Positions 13,844 to 27,680 of a stretch of DNA of 64,000 nucleotides are shown here, one piece after another. The DNA lies in contig OZ316898.1 in assembly GCA_973895155.1 (NCBI GenBank), forward strand, positions 8,109,079 through 8,173,078. The letters run 5' to 3'. This DNA comes from Marsupella aquatica (Eukaryota; Plantae; Marchantiophyta). A program made the translations under genes and the position numbers. Position 1 is the first letter of the stretch. Each line of letters opens with the position of its first letter. The notes beneath the pieces were generated by a model. It was not told the origin of the DNA and searched no databases. It worked only from the letters and a program-made list of their open reading frames with translations.

Positions 13844-16800
13844 ATGGCGGCAGCTGTAGCGGCATTCGTGTCCCCTTTGGTAGCGTTGAGTGCCACCGGT
13901 GCTTCACAGGTAGGATCTCTACAGTTGTCATCCGGTCTCGCAGTGTAAAGTTATGCTCTGTGCGTTGATCTCCGAGTCTTCTACAGTCGCCTTGCTCGCG
14001 TGCATCTCTGAGGGAAGGACGGGGGTGAGGGTCTTGTTGTGCGGTAGTTCGAGATTTACATTTTTCTGTCGCTTCGGGGGTGTTGAAGCGACTGGGAGAG
14101 TAGTTGTGGCCGGCTCAGAGTGCAAATTAGTGCCGAGTCTTACCTGTATCTTGCGAAGGACGATTCACCTTTCCAGCTCCGATCTCATACAGTTGTAGTA
14201 AAGGAGAGCAGATCAGGATTTAGTTCTGAATTTTGCAGATTTTTTAAACTTTTAGATCATTCGTATTCATTTTTATTCGCCGGTCGTGTCGTTGTGCTCT
14301 GCTACATCTGAAGATGATCCGTTCGACAATGTTCAAATTATCGAGACATGTGCGTGCTCTTCTTGTTTCATTTCTTTGCCCCCCTTTTTTTTCTCTCTTG
14401 ATCTTCCAATTATGCTTTTCGTTTTTGTTGTCCGCCAAGAAATGTGATTTTCGTCTGCATTGATTTCGCCCCCTAGCCGTATTGTTGTATCGCATCACCC
14501 CCTGTGTGAGAGCTGTTCCACATCGGCACCATCCCTCGCTACTTGCTGCACCGTCCACTTGCTCTTGTTCGGCACGTGTAATTTACCTCGGTGTCTTTGT
14601 CTGCCTTAAAAACCGTTTTCATTTCAGACATTTGTAACAAAGATCTCCTCTCCCTTGGAAGTATGCCAGTAGAGTTCGGAACCGTGCACGAGTGAGCCAC
14701 CAGTAGCTTCTTCATGAGCCTAATGAAGTCGTTGTTTTCCTTCTCTCGAGCCGGATCATGAACCAAAATTGGGTACTTGTAATCGTCTGATATGACTTTC
14801 TGATATTCTAGCCAAGCACATCTTACGATCTGGACGGACTCTTTGGAAGGACATTTGAGTAAAGCTGAGCGAAATGATTCAGTCTATGCACGGATTGCGG
14901 TTGTGTCTGAAGCAATGCTCTTAGATTGAAATGTGCCAGGAAGAATCCTACGGTTATCTTATTTCTCCGCTCTCATTGATGCTTTTGATCGGCAAAGCAG
15001 GCATGTGTTTCTCAACGGTCATTGACGGGATTGAGACTAGGCGCCTTTCCAGGTCAAAAGATGGCCAACAATTTTTACTCCGTGAAGGTTAGTTACGGCT
15101 TTGCTCGCCAGATGTTTAGTTCTGCTAGACGAAGGGAACGATAACTCATCGTGAATTTTTTTAGTGAATTTTTTTAGTGAATATTTGTAGTGAATTTCAT
15201 GGTGTATTGATTTTATCGAGAAAGCAAGTCTCATTACATGCTTCGAGTAGTTCGATGATAGTAAGTTGAGTGGATATAATGCGAGACCATCACGTTGTGA
15301 GATGTACTTCACCACTCAGTCGCCATAAGTTGGCAGTTCAATGTGCTTGGCTGCTGTCCTCGAAGCGCATAACGTGAATGCTGAAGTAATTATGGCTCTC
15401 TAGATGGTTGTGCTCAGTCGCCTGTTTTGATGTTTTGTCTTTGCAGCCAGCTTCAAGGGTGAATATGACTGTGGCTGCGGACGTTTCCAGTTTCCAGAGC
15501 GTCCCACAGGCCCCGGCAGATCCCATTTTAGGAGTTTCCGAGGCATTCAAAGCTGATACCAGTGATGTGAAGCTTAACCTGGGTGTTGGTGCATACCGTA
15601 CTGAGCAGTTGCAGCCCTACGTGTTGAGCGTTGTGAAGAAGGTACTAACGCGCATAATTGTTGGAGTTGTGCTTATGATAAGCAGCAAACTTTGGGTCGG
15701 GGTGTAAAACGTGCAGAGCCTGCAAGCTTGAGCACCGGAACTAGCAGGACATTGTTCTTTGTACGAAATTTGTTGTGATCCATGTGGACTGTGGGACCTA
15801 TCATATCCTGTGTTCTAGATATGTACTAATTCTCCTGCTTATTAAGGTTTTTAAAATTATAGTTTTGCCAATGCGTGTTCAGGCTGAGAAGTTGATGCTT
15901 GAAGCTGCGGATAACAAAGAGGTTTGTAATCTCCTTACAGTGCACATTCAAAGATGTCGATAATGGTAGAAGTTATGTCAGTGTGGTAGTGATGGTTGCT
16001 ATTATTCTTTCAAAACGTGCACTACACGGATTCGTTGGAAAAGGCTTGAAATTGGTGCATACTCAAGTGCCTTTGCAAGGGAGTGTGGAGAAAATATGAG
16101 TTCGGAATTTGCAAATATGCTTCGTTGTGTCTGAATGCCGATGTTATTTTTACAAATTAAAATGGAAGACATAGTAGAGGCAAGTCAAATTAAATTAATT
16201 GTGTTCTAATAACGGGGAACGTAATGTTCTAAGCTATACTGATCGGCATGTTTGGTTTGACTTCGTTTCAGTATCTCCCGATTGAGGGTCTTGCAGCATT
16301 TAACAAGGCAACTGCTGAACTCCTTTTGGGTGGTGACTCTCCGGCCATCAAAGAAGGGCGGGTGGGTTATCACAACTTTCTATCGATATGACAGGATGAG
16401 TAGCCCTCTGAGTGATCTGTCTGTGATATGAACGGTATTCAGGACAATATATTCTAATTCGGCCTTGATTCCGTTTTGCAGGTGGCAACTGTGCAAGGGC
16501 TCTCAGGCACAGGATCACTTCGTTTGGGTGCAGCTTTCATTCAGAGATATTTTCCTGGTGCCAAGGTTCTGATATCTTCGCCCACTTGGGGTGTGTAGAT
16601 GTCCAAACCATATGACACATCCGTGTATCTTGTCGTGTCTGTTGCGTTGACATCTTTGAATAAGACAGGATTTCATTGGTTGCCTACTTGGCTTTGGTCG
16701 AGTGCGTTTCGTGCGTCGTCTCTTCAATTGTTTGAAGTGTTGCAAGTCTTAGTTGTTTTTGAGAGGAATTTTCTGAGAATTCTGAGACATTCAAGCATTT

Positions 16801-18681
16801 TAGTATATTCATTGGCCACATTGACTGGAGCTATCACTGAAGAATTGAAGTGTTCTTTATTTCAGGAAACCACAAAAATATTTTCAATGATGCCGGTGTG
16901 CCTTGGTCTGAGTACCGATATTTTGACCCTAAGACGGTCGGGCTAGATTTCGAGGGGATGTATGCAGATATCAAGGTACAGGCCCCTGACTGGTCTGAAG
17001 ACGATTTTGGTTGGAAGAAGTCCCCAGGACCTCGCATTACCTGTCACTTACTTTCCTGACTTAGATTGCCCTCTTGTGCAACTCAGGATGCCCCAAGTGG
17101 CTCAGTTATACTCCTCCATGGGTGTGCACACAACCCAACTGGTATTGATCCAACACCAGAGCAGTGGAACAAGCTTGCAGATCTCATCGAGGACAAAGGA
17201 CATCTACCTTTCTTTGATGTTGCTTATCAGGTCAGTCATCTGATTTTCACAAAATGCTTTATTCTTTTGTTGGGAATGGTAATAGTTGGCGTGAAGTGGA
17301 TGGAAGGACGAGTACATGAGTTTTGGAATTATTGGTATTGTGTTTCAATCTCATCATGAAAACCTGTTTGATCAGGGCTTTGCCAGTGGAAGCTTGGATG
17401 AGGATGCCAACTCAGTCAGAATGTTTGTAGCTCGTGGAATTGAGTTACTGGTGGCCCAGTCTTACAGCAAGAATTTAGGTCTATATGCGGAACGTGTGGG
17501 AGCAATCAATGCAGTTGTGTCTTCTTCTGATGTGGCAACCAGGTGAGCTCATGATTTCAGTTGATTGTCAATGGGCAGTACTTGGCAAAATCCAATGAAC
17601 GGTTTGGTATCAGCGAATTTATCTTTAATTCAGCATAGATTCCGTCGTCAATATGTTTCTGTTGGGGCCTTGACCTGTCATTTCTAGTTTGTACAGACAC
17701 TGCAGGTGATTTGCAAGTCAAATACGTGACCAAGATATAAAGCTCAGGACAGCAATGGTGTACTTCCATGAAAAGATCGATTTCATGTAGTCTTACATGT
17801 CCTACCTCTTGATAAATGGCATGCTGAGAGTTGTGCAGAGTGAAAAGTCAGCTGAAACGGTTGGCTAGGCCCATGTACTCGAATCCACCAGTCCATGGTG
17901 CGAAGATTGTTGCAAACGTTGTGGGAGATTCAGCTCTATTCGATGAATGGCGAGCTGAAATGCAGATGATGGCGGGACGTATCAAGACAGTTCGTCAAGA
18001 ACTCTATGATGAACTCACCAAAAAGGACACGAGTGGCAAAGACTGGTCATTTGTGTTGAAGCAGATTGGCATGTTTTCGTTCACGGGCCTCAACAAAGCA
18101 CAGGTATCGTCTTTACTTAACAAGGAACACGGAGTGTTTGCTTACTAAACAGTGCGATGATTGTGGGTACTTTGTTGTGTGTAGTTTTTCGTTGACTGTT
18201 ACACTGGCGTGTATTTCTGCCTGCTTTAAGTAAGATTGTCAAATTATACAGCAGCGTCGGAACCTCAACTATTTGATAGTGCGGCTTCGACCTTTCAGCC
18301 ACCAAGGCTCCAATTATGTTTAGCCATTGGTCTCACCATCACTTCCTAATACTTTCAATATCCATCGCTCGCATGGAATTTTATCACGGTCAATTCTGAT
18401 ACTAACTAATATTGTAGAGGATGTCACCTATGGTGATGCGTGTTGTGACTTTGTTATAAAGTTGATTCTAGATAGCATATATCTGGCAGTAGTTCTTTCA
18501 AATACGGCACGAAGCTTTTAGCTAATGCTAAATTGGTTTCTTTGTGCAGAGTGACAATATGACCGACAAATGGCACGTGTACATGACAAAGGATGGCCGT
18601 ATCTCCCTGGCCGGTCTGAATCTTGCTCGCACCAGTTACCTTGCTGATGCCATCGTTGACTCATACTACAACGTCGAGTAA
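13844..18681 (+). CDS. ASP5: Aspartate aminotransferase, plastid-type (class I PLP-dependent), ASP5-like
   Basis: Exons 13844-13909 (Ala/Ser-rich transit peptide start, less certain), 15447-15641, 15883-15921, 16272-16361, 16482-16590, 16866-16975, 17087-17230, 17376-17542, 17839-18103 and 18550-18681. All junctions are GT-AG and in frame. Motifs: [61 protein letters not shown] lysine in [23 protein letters not shown] micro-exon in intron 1 cannot be excluded. Confidence 0.96.
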
Positions 18682-19605
18682 TCTATTGTTCATATCACAG
18701 TTACCAGTTTTGTCCTCTTCCACCAATAGTACTTAGGTGTCTTTGTGGTGGATTTCCGGATTCCTTAACAATCAGAAACCAATGAATGGAATCATGCTGA
18801 GTGAACTGGGATTCGGCAGCCTTACTTCCTCAGCCTCAATTGGAAACTTAAGATTTCATTTTACATAGTTGAAATTTTGCGCTTTCCATTGAAAGTGCCG
18901 GCTGGTGAGATTAGACACCCACCCACAGGCCGGGCGATCCACTCTGCAGAAAGAGCAGAGGACTCGCAGAAATAAAGCAATTGCCTGCCAGAGTGTTTAA
19001 TAATAATTTTCAAGCATATCATGGAGTGTTGGATCATGTTTCGAGACAATTCTTTGGTTCTAGTAGGATTAAAAGGTGATTTTTCTAAAGTCTTTGCGAG
19101 CATCATGTTGAAAGTAACATCCTCTACTTTATTTATATTAGTTTGCGAGGTACCTCTTCATGAGCAGGGATAAGAATGCTTGCAAACCAGGTGACTAAGA
19201 ATGTCACCCCCACTGCTCTCTCAATATGCAACGAGTCTGATAAGTCGTAAAAGTTAAGACATGGATTGCTATAAAAAGCTACCGTCTAAATTACCCTGGG
19301 GGCTTAGATTGTCCCAGTTGACTGGTTGTCTCGAGGTTTAATGATCTGTGAATCGAAAAGTTCATCTACAGAAACTGTTTAATGCTGTGGGTCAAATGTA
19401 GGACATGTGCACACGGGTAACGCCTAGGATCCGCACCAAGACACTCTTCACTGAAGGGCTGTTAGATGTACACCTACAGTAGTCACCCCTTCTCTTCAGT
19501 GTCATGTGTATCTCAGTTCTGAAAGACTTACGACGTGTCGTTTATTAGGTTTTGCTACAGGCTGGGAGCGTAGAATAGGGTGTTTATAATTGTAGTGCTT
19601 CGATT

Positions 19606-19862
19606 TTAGTGCTTGACCGCGTTGATCACAAGGCAGACTCTGAAGCCTTAGCTCTTATGGTTGCCTTGAAAATTATTAGCCGGGTATTTTCTTAGAGATG
19701 CACTCTGCCTCTCTCAAATTGACAACGGAAAGTTCTCATGTTAGTGCTTGACCAGCTTGATCACAAGGCAGACTCTGAAGCCTAGAGCTAAGCTCTTATG
19801 ATTGCCTTCCACTCGGGTATTTGCTTAAAAATGCACTCTGCCTTCTCTCTCAAATTGACAAT
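19606..19862. repeat. Imperfect direct duplication (~135-bp period)
   Basis: ttagtgcttgacc..ttgatcacaaggcagactctgaagcc...cgggtattt...atgcactctgcct...ctctcaaattgacaa occurs at ~19606 and again at 19741. Confidence 0.85.
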
Positions 19863-19959
19863 ACAACTTTGCATCTTCAACAGAAGGAAGAATTCTTGGA
19901 GTCTGTTTCCAGATGTGTAATCCTCTGTTTTTTGCCTCGAAAAAACCAATTGAACTTCA

Positions 19960-22060
19960 TTCAAAAAGCCAGCATACAACAAGGGTGGCCCACAAGAGGG
20001 GGTCGGCACCCAGGGGAGACCAGAGGTCCATAAGCCTAATGAACCAGTGAAGTTGGGACCAGGAGAGAAGTAGGCCCTAAGAAAGGAAGTCGAACCAGAA
20101 ATTCAACCATTGCAGAAGGGGCAGCACAACCCCGAAAAGACCGGCCAGTGAAGAGATGCCGGCAGGGCACTCAACAGTGGGTCTGTGGTAGACAAAACTA
20201 TCAGTCTAGCCTGCAGTACAACTTTTACCCTTGCAAAGCAAACATCTTCATGGAGGTCTAAGGGGAACCGGTGGGATCTGTAAGATGCCTTCATGAATTT
20301 CCCATATTGCAGCCCAAGATCCATAGTTGGGAGTCATGTAATTGAGAGCAGCCCCATACATGGACTTGCCAATTTTAATTTTACATTCATGTCTGGCCCA
20401 ATCCTTACGTATGTAAATTGCCAATCTGTGCCAGGATTTTTGAATGACCGCCGGAGCACTGGATCTGGTGTGCTCAATGAAATGAGAGCTCTCTTTTTGC
20501 ATGGTGATCTCCAAAGAGTGAGAGCATATGAAAGACCATATGAAATGAATCCTCTCTTTGCATAATGGTGATATCCAAAGAGTGAGAGCAAAACAATGGA
20601 TAGAGAGGAGAAATCAACACATGTTTGGTAGCGGCAGCATTGACCCCCACACTTGAGTTTGCTAAGGGAAACAAACTCCTGCATATTGGTGTCTTTGAGT
20701 GGTGGACCTAGCCACCCAGCACCCTCACCAATCCCAACACTCATGCCTAAGTGCCCTTGGTGCCCGAACGCCTCCACGGAATACCTCGAGCAGGCACCCT
20801 AGTGCCCCTTGCACTACCAGCGGCCCCTCCCATATGAAGCCGCACTTGCTCTCCAACACGACCGCTACTCAACGGTCCTCACTGTCTGCACAAGCAATCA
20901 ATCACCTCGGTAAGTAACCCTTCAGGATCTAGAACTTGTCAAAGTCTAGCATCCTAACTCAAGCTCAACAGACATTGGTAAATAGGTCAGCGACAGGTCC
21001 TCCCGATGCCATAAGCCGGAACCAGAACCTCATCCAGAATAGCTCTTTCGGTGGGCGCGGCCTGAGTTCCCTCTCGTATCTATCCATCACCAACAGACCG
21101 CCTTGACCCCAGGACATGCTCATGGCCCAAATAGCCTAGCTTGTCCTAAACTTGTGCCAACACGCCGGGACCAGAATGGCCCCGACTCTAGCAACCAACT
21201 CCCGATTTGCCTCACTGATGGTCTAGGGGCCAAACACTCTTGGAACTCAACCTCCACACCTACTTGGCCTTGCCTCCCCAACGCAAGCTCCCTTGGGAGA
21301 CTGAACGCGGCTTGGCTGCTGTTCGGCAGGATTTGGCAAGCTGACAAGTTAACACCTGCAAACCTTGAGAACCCATGGTGCCCCCAGACCCAGCTGAGCT
21401 CAACAGGGCGTAGCCCTCCTTGAGAGCTTTCCAACGCACCCAAGAAGTCCTCCAACAAACTTTTCGTTGGGAAGATATCGCAGTTTTCGTTTGGCGATTT
21501 CCCTCAGTGTCGCGACCGCTACGGTTCACGACTTCGACTCGCCCTTAGCCACCAGGGAGACACCACTCCCCTCGTATATGCTTCTGGAGACCTGTCACCC
21601 TTGGACCAACTTTGGTCCCTAAACATTTGGCCTCCAACCTGGATCCTATCGCGCATAATGGGCACACCACCAACTGGCAACACCCATAACTTTATCGGTA
21701 GGCATCCACAAGCGGAGTGCCTTAGCCCGTTGTGATTGGGCGGACCCAGTGTTTGCCAAGGTCCTCAGGTCTCATCACCGCTCGGGGCCCCTGATCGGCC
21801 CAACCCGGATCGGGCCATATCTTGCGCCCCAAGCATCCATTGCCCATGGCATCAACTCCATTGGCCTTGGGCCCAAGAGGAGCTCACACTCAAGCTCTCA
21901 TAACTCAAAGTTCATCCGAAGGTCCGGACGGTCGTTCTTGAGCCCGACCCATTTCCCCTTGACCCGACCAGTTCTCAACTAGTCCAAGTACTTAGTGTGT
22001 GTCACCAGCTTGGCTTCTTGCCTTCGCTAGTGCCACATCTCGTTGCCCACAAGTCCTAGC
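19960..22060 (-). mobile_element. Degenerate 5'-truncated LINE (L1-like ORF2 C-terminal remnant)
   Basis: Minus-strand translation gives, in the expected order, TKYLD (~21990; cf. the KYLG RT motif), RKVCWRTSWVRWKALKEG (~21440), AK*VWRL (~21260; cf. AKWxWRL) and GSWAAIWEIH (~20310; cf. the WxIW C-terminal motif). The reading is broken by stops and frameshifts. Boundaries are approximate. Confidence 0.6.
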
Positions 22061-22099
22061 CCTTTATTGAAAATTTGCTTTTCTGGAACCTTATGATCA

Positions 22100-23044
22100 A
22101 TCCATACCCCATTTGATCTCAATCAATTCTACCCAAGCTACCCACAAGGTACACAAACCTGATCAAGATAAACAATTAATTGAATATTAATTAAACAGTC
22201 ATTACAAAAATTAGATTTAAAGAATTGGATTATTAGCTTTAAAGTTTTTCAAAAAATTGAGTGTAAATAAAACATATGAAATATTAATTTCACTAAATAT
22301 TTAAGATTTAAAAATATATGATTTTTATCACTTGGTTATGCTTGGACTCTATGTTGCAATGACTGTTATCTTGCATCTCTGTGCAATACACGGGTTGTTG
22401 AACTCCACCACATCAACTTTACCTTGCCTTGACATGTTTTCCTGAACTCGTCTTCTTTTTCTCACATTGAGATTTTTATCTCACCCTCAACATTTTTTTT
22501 GTCCTTGATATTTCTTTCTCTGCTCTACATCTTTTTTCACCTGACTTGAAATATTTTCCTAGTTTGACATATTTTCTCACCTCAACATCTATCTTTCTCG
22601 CCTTGACATCTTCATCTCACCACAACATCTTTCCATCACCCTCTACATCTTTTTCTCATCCTTACATTTTTTTCTCACCTTACCATGTTTTTTCTCATTG
22701 ACATAGTTTTTTCATCACAATTTCTTTTCTTGTTTTCATCTTGACATCTGATTTATTTTTCTCACATTCACATTTTTATCTCATCACAACATTTTTCCTC
22801 ACTTTCCATTTTTTTTTTTTTCTCATCTTCACATATTTTTCTCACGCTGCCATCTTTTCTCTCCTTGATTTTTTTTTTTCATTTTGAATTCTTTTTATCA
22901 GCTAGACATTACTTTTTCTCATTCATATCTTTGTTCATTTTGACATCTTTTTTTCACTGTGATATATTCTTTTCACCTCCACATCATTTTTCTCTAAACA
23001 CATTTTTTTCTCCCTTCAAATTCAAGGCACGGGTATTGAGCTAG
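22100..23044 (+). mobile_element. Non-autonomous Helitron-like element, copy 1 (minisatellite-filled)
   Basis: Ends GCACGGGTATTGAGCTAG (23027-23044) followed by T. An internal hairpin remnant GTGCAATACACGGG lies at 22381. The body is a degenerate ~20-bp TTTTTCTCACCTTGACATC array. It shares atccatac...cccaagctaccc with the copy at ~33430. The 5' end is not resolved. Confidence 0.65.
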
Positions 23045-26000
23045 TGGACCCTAAGACTCCCTAATGCGTCCATGTTAGATTGTAAAGCGGGTGTGGTTTA
23101 GAGGTCTGAAACTGCAAGAGTGCAACTAAACAAACATGTTCTCCTTTTTCTCGTGGCAGTTAATTTGTTCGAACATTCATCCAAAGCATAGTGATCCGGA
23201 TCCATGGAAAGGTGGAATTGAAGGGGAAGCTCGGAGCATACTTGTACCGAAACAGACAGACTCGTCGTCCTGATTCTCCATTTGACTTTCTGATCATTTG
23301 TGTTGCGTATAGTTGCACCAAGCTAGGGAGAAGCATCGGTCCCGTTGCTTCTAAGGAGAATGGGCTGATTGAAGCCTCGTTCAAACAGTACGCCCTCCAG
23401 GAGCATACCGAGGCAGAGTAGGTACTGTAATGGCCAGATGCATCGGTACAAATGAAACGAAGTTAGGAATCACTGATTTTTGAGTAAACATTTCTATGGG
23501 AAAAGTTCAAGCAGGGAGAAACTTCACACCCCATATCTTCCAAATTCAGAGCGAGAGGCACATGCATGCATACAGGCAAAATGGAAGCTAGCAGGTAAGG
23601 GTTCAAATCTCCCAAACAAGCCATTTAGCAGGAGGTTTGACCTAAGTAGTCAGTCGGTCGGAGCCTTCCGATGCGCACAGGCCTAAGTTCTTTGTTTGCA
23701 TTGAAAGATTTCGTTGAATATCATTTAGTGAAACAGCAACAACAGGTCTGAGTTGTGGTCCAGCTCCAGGAGGCGGGCTACTACCGTTCATCGACCTAGA
23801 GCTCTACGTCAGTCAACTCATTCGAGGATTTGGAACGGACAGCATGCTGCGCGCGGCCAAGTAGAATTCTTCCACGCATTCCTCCTACCTTCTATGCAAT
23901 CCCGGTCGGCCGAAAGGATTAAGTAGTCAGAATTGTTACGAATCTTTTCAAAACTGCACAGAATTGAGAATCATAATCTAGACACTGTGATCCCACAATA
24001 CCCTAACGTAATCACGAGGCTCGCAAGAAGCTGCCATGAGATCAAACCTAGCGAACACGTCGTCCCACTTGATATGATTATGCTTTAGTTCGAAGAAAAT
24101 TAGTGAACAAGACAACCCAAGCCAGAAAGAGTAAGATGAAGAACGAAAATCCTAAACAACTCACATTGCTACCGAAAGTCTCGCCGAAAGTGTTTACTCA
24201 ATAGGAAAAAGCTTAAGATTTTCTGTGTATAAACTGTGCGGGTGGCCTCATCGCTACAGTTCTGGGGCAGTAACAGTAGTATCCTTGATAATATCAGATC
24301 TCGCCGGCTTCATTCTTTCGAGACAAATTAATTGCATTATTTAGACGATATATCTGTTTCTCATGACCGAAAGAAAAGTCTAAGGATTCTTCACAATCCA
24401 AGACAATCATGCATTTTCGGAATATATGTACAATCATATAGATCTCGTAAGAAGAAGTAACTACACCAAACAAAATCTAGATATTCAGAACGCGCAAGAA
24501 ATCCGTGCGCTAACCACTCGAGCTGGACTTTAGATTAATAATATCCGGAGACAGCACCTGAGTTTAGATCGCACTCCATCTAAAAGAGCAAATTCATCGA
24601 TTCTCAGTTAAAATAACGTTGTAGGTTGGTGTGCATCTTTCATCGTCACGGTCTGAAAGGAACGTTCTAAACTCTGCTATCTTCCGCCTAGTGCATCTTG
24701 GCCGTGAATCATACGCAAACATCGATCATAAGAGACATTGACAGTTAATTCCAGCAGATCAGCCAAAGTAGCGTCGTGCACCGAATTTTGGCAACACTTC
24801 GCCAGACCAGTGTAGTCTTGATATGAAAATTTGTACGCAACTATGGACCGCAGTGTTCAGGAATCTACCTAAACAAAAAAGTTGCTAACCGTTTGCTACT
24901 GTTTTGTCGCTGCGTTCAATTGTGTCTTGAGTTCTAAGGAAATGTTAGATGCTTAATTGTATAAGAAAAGTCTACCGTTACTCCGTTGCCAATTCAGTCA
25001 GTGACAAGTTCGGCCGAACTAGCAGAACAATTTTTGAATGTTAGAAATTGGCGCCAAATGAACAGAACAAGTTCATCACCAGAAACAGTTTTCGCCGATT
25101 TTAACAAGTTTTCGTTAATATGCTCTTTTGGGAACATGAATCGATTCGACAAATCTCCAACGGGGAGAGTTTTGCCGGTTTCTGCAGAGGATCCGGAGAT
25201 GAATTTGAGGATATTAGAGTGGTACGATCGATGAAAATAGGCGCTACGCGAGGAGCTTCTGATTCTATAATTACAGACACAAGCACATTCGGGGCGAAGA
25301 TTGAGCAGTAACACAAGACAGCCTGCGCTCGGATCGTAAACACTCATTCATAGAATTATCTAGAATGTAAGTCAATTCAAATAGCCCGTTCAAAGAAGTA
25401 CTGTACCGGGGACTGTACTGACTCGTCTATCAAGCACCTTTCAAGGGCAAGTGGTTGATTTAGGATAGAATACCCTTTGTGAAGAACGCAAGGTACATGT
25501 TCTCCAATTATATCAGGTGCTTTTCTTGCTCATAGCCTCCTATCATCTGATCCCAATCTAACACTATAATACTCAATGCCGCTCTTTTTGGTTTTGGTTC
25601 GTTTACGAAAAGTGCAATGGGCGGGAATGATTCCCTGCCAATGGATCATTTTACATTTTTTGTTGCAGACAGTTAGATGACAAAAATAAAGTGTCATGGT
25701 GGTATAGGGATGTGGGGATGACTAGCATGCCTTGGGATGAGGATGTTACTTTTGAGTGTCATTGGATTAAAAAAAAGTGGTTCAGAGCAAGTACTAGGAA
25801 TGTGAGGATGGGTCCAATGGGATAGGGAAGGTTGTCACTGACATGTAGGAAGGAATAGGAGGGAGCACAAGTTAGTGCATTAAAAATGTCAAGTGGATAG
25901 TGAGGTAAGCATGTGTGTTGGCAATGGGGTACCACACTTGGAGATAATAAAAAAGTGTAAGGTACAAAGACATGTATAGTATAAAAACAAGGTAAGGGAA

Positions 26001-27574
26001 ACAAAAATACATCTTAGATACTAAGTCACTTATAATACAAAGCCAAGGAAATCAGTGGGGAGAGAATATAAAATTTTAAGATCCCAAGAGTGAGAATGAG
26101 ATCACAATTCTATTCTGCATTTAGAGGAAAGATGTGTCAATAAATTTTATCCAAAATATAAGAGGAGGATATTTAATATATCAAAATTGCCCCCAAGGCC
26201 ACAAATAGACTTTCTAAATATTTGTTTTTGGTGGGGAATGATTTTCTCTGTTTAGTTAGATTTCTTAAGAGGGGGCTGGGCTATTCATTTTTCTCTTTGT
26301 TTTTTGTGAGGGTAGTTTTTGTGGCCTCTCTTTGATCTCTTCTTTTTTCAACATGTTTTATGCACGACTTCTTTTTGATCGACACATTTTGTTCTTGACA
26401 TATTTTTTGTTTGACATCTTTCACACCGGGTAATGTTTTTTCTCTGTCTCCTTTGCATGCTAGAGATATTTTCTACTTGGCATCAAGTACTATAATATAT
26501 GCAATCTCGCCAATTCTGGGGGGATTGTCTGCTTACAAACTCAAAAAGAACGGAACACAATCTTGATCGTCCGCTAAAAACATGTTGACGCGCGCCCTTC
26601 TGTAGCTCTTCAATCAGGAGCCCGATTATTTTTGTCCGTTCATCAAATGAGCCAATCTACAGCTCAAAATGCAAATCTTTTTTAGATCTATGTCTCAGAA
26701 ATAACCAGATCATCAAATGATAAAAATGAGGGAGAAAAATGATAAAAACAATCCAAACAATCTCATTGGTGGAGGCCAAAAATTTGAATTCTAAATTTTT
26801 GGGCAGGTGGCCGGGGTACCATCGGGTGACCGGGCAATCCACCGGGCAAATATCAGACAATATTCCGCTACTATTTGCTCAGTCCTTTTCCGGAAGGATC
26901 AAAGAAAGACCTACATGGCGGTGGGCGTAAAGTTGCTCTTGGAGAGTGACGACGTGTGAATTGTAGCAGCACTGGCTTGCTGATTCTCATAGCCAAAGAG
27001 GTATTTTACTTGCTTCCACATATTCAGGGATGGCCATTTTAATTTTTCCAGACCTTCGTGTTTCATGGAGAAGAGGGTGGCCATATTAATTTTTCCAGGC
27101 CTAAATGTAGTTTGTGATTTTTCTCTTCAAACTTCTGATGTTTTATAGAGAAGAATACACTATACAAAAACATCAATGTGACTATTTACAAAATTTTGCT
27201 CAATTTAAGCTTTGGACTGTATTTGACTGATATCTAGCCAAAACATGCCTTTAAGGGCATGTTTCAACATGTAACACCAATAGCGAATTAAAGCATTTTC
27301 CTCAAGAATATGAGAACCCCGGGATAGAGATTGGAAGTTGATTGCAAGCTATATGCCCAAAAAAAGGGAAGCCAGAAATGCAAGACACCCCCAACAATAG
27401 TGCACAAGAGGGGACTGAAGTTTCTGAGGTGCCACAACCAAATGTCACGGACCCTTTGGTACAGGAAACAAGTGTGGCAACATCAAGTGTCAGAACCCTC
27501 GCGGAGCGATTAAAGGCCAACTGTGAGTAATATGCGAGATACCATGTTTGCCTCACTTTGAATCTTGCTCTCAC

Positions 27575-27680
27575 CTCCACATCTTGCCCTCTCCTCGACG
27601 TCTTGCCCTCTCCTCAACATCTTGCCCTCACCGCAAAATCTTGCCCACTCCTCGACATCTTGCCCTCTCCTCAACATCTT
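27575..27680. repeat. 19-bp minisatellite (CATCTTGCCCTCTCCTCRA) x5-6
   Basis: Tandem atcttgccctctcctcgac/caac units. These generate the repeated peptide in spurious ORFs 27510..27716 and 27558..27848. Confidence 0.85.

Noticed and set aside
6283-18681. Idea that KdsD and the aminotransferase form a metabolic gene cluster or reflect recent bacterial HGT
   Set aside because: Both are ordinary intron-containing plant genes of unrelated pathways (Kdo synthesis and nitrogen metabolism), separated by ~5.7 kb of repeat-rich DNA.
22400-23020. Regularly spaced ~20-bp repeats that might suggest a CRISPR array (also 33580-34640)
   Set aside because: The units are adjacent and degenerate with no unique spacers, there are no cas genes, and the context is eukaryotic. 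They are explained as Helitron-internal minisatellite.
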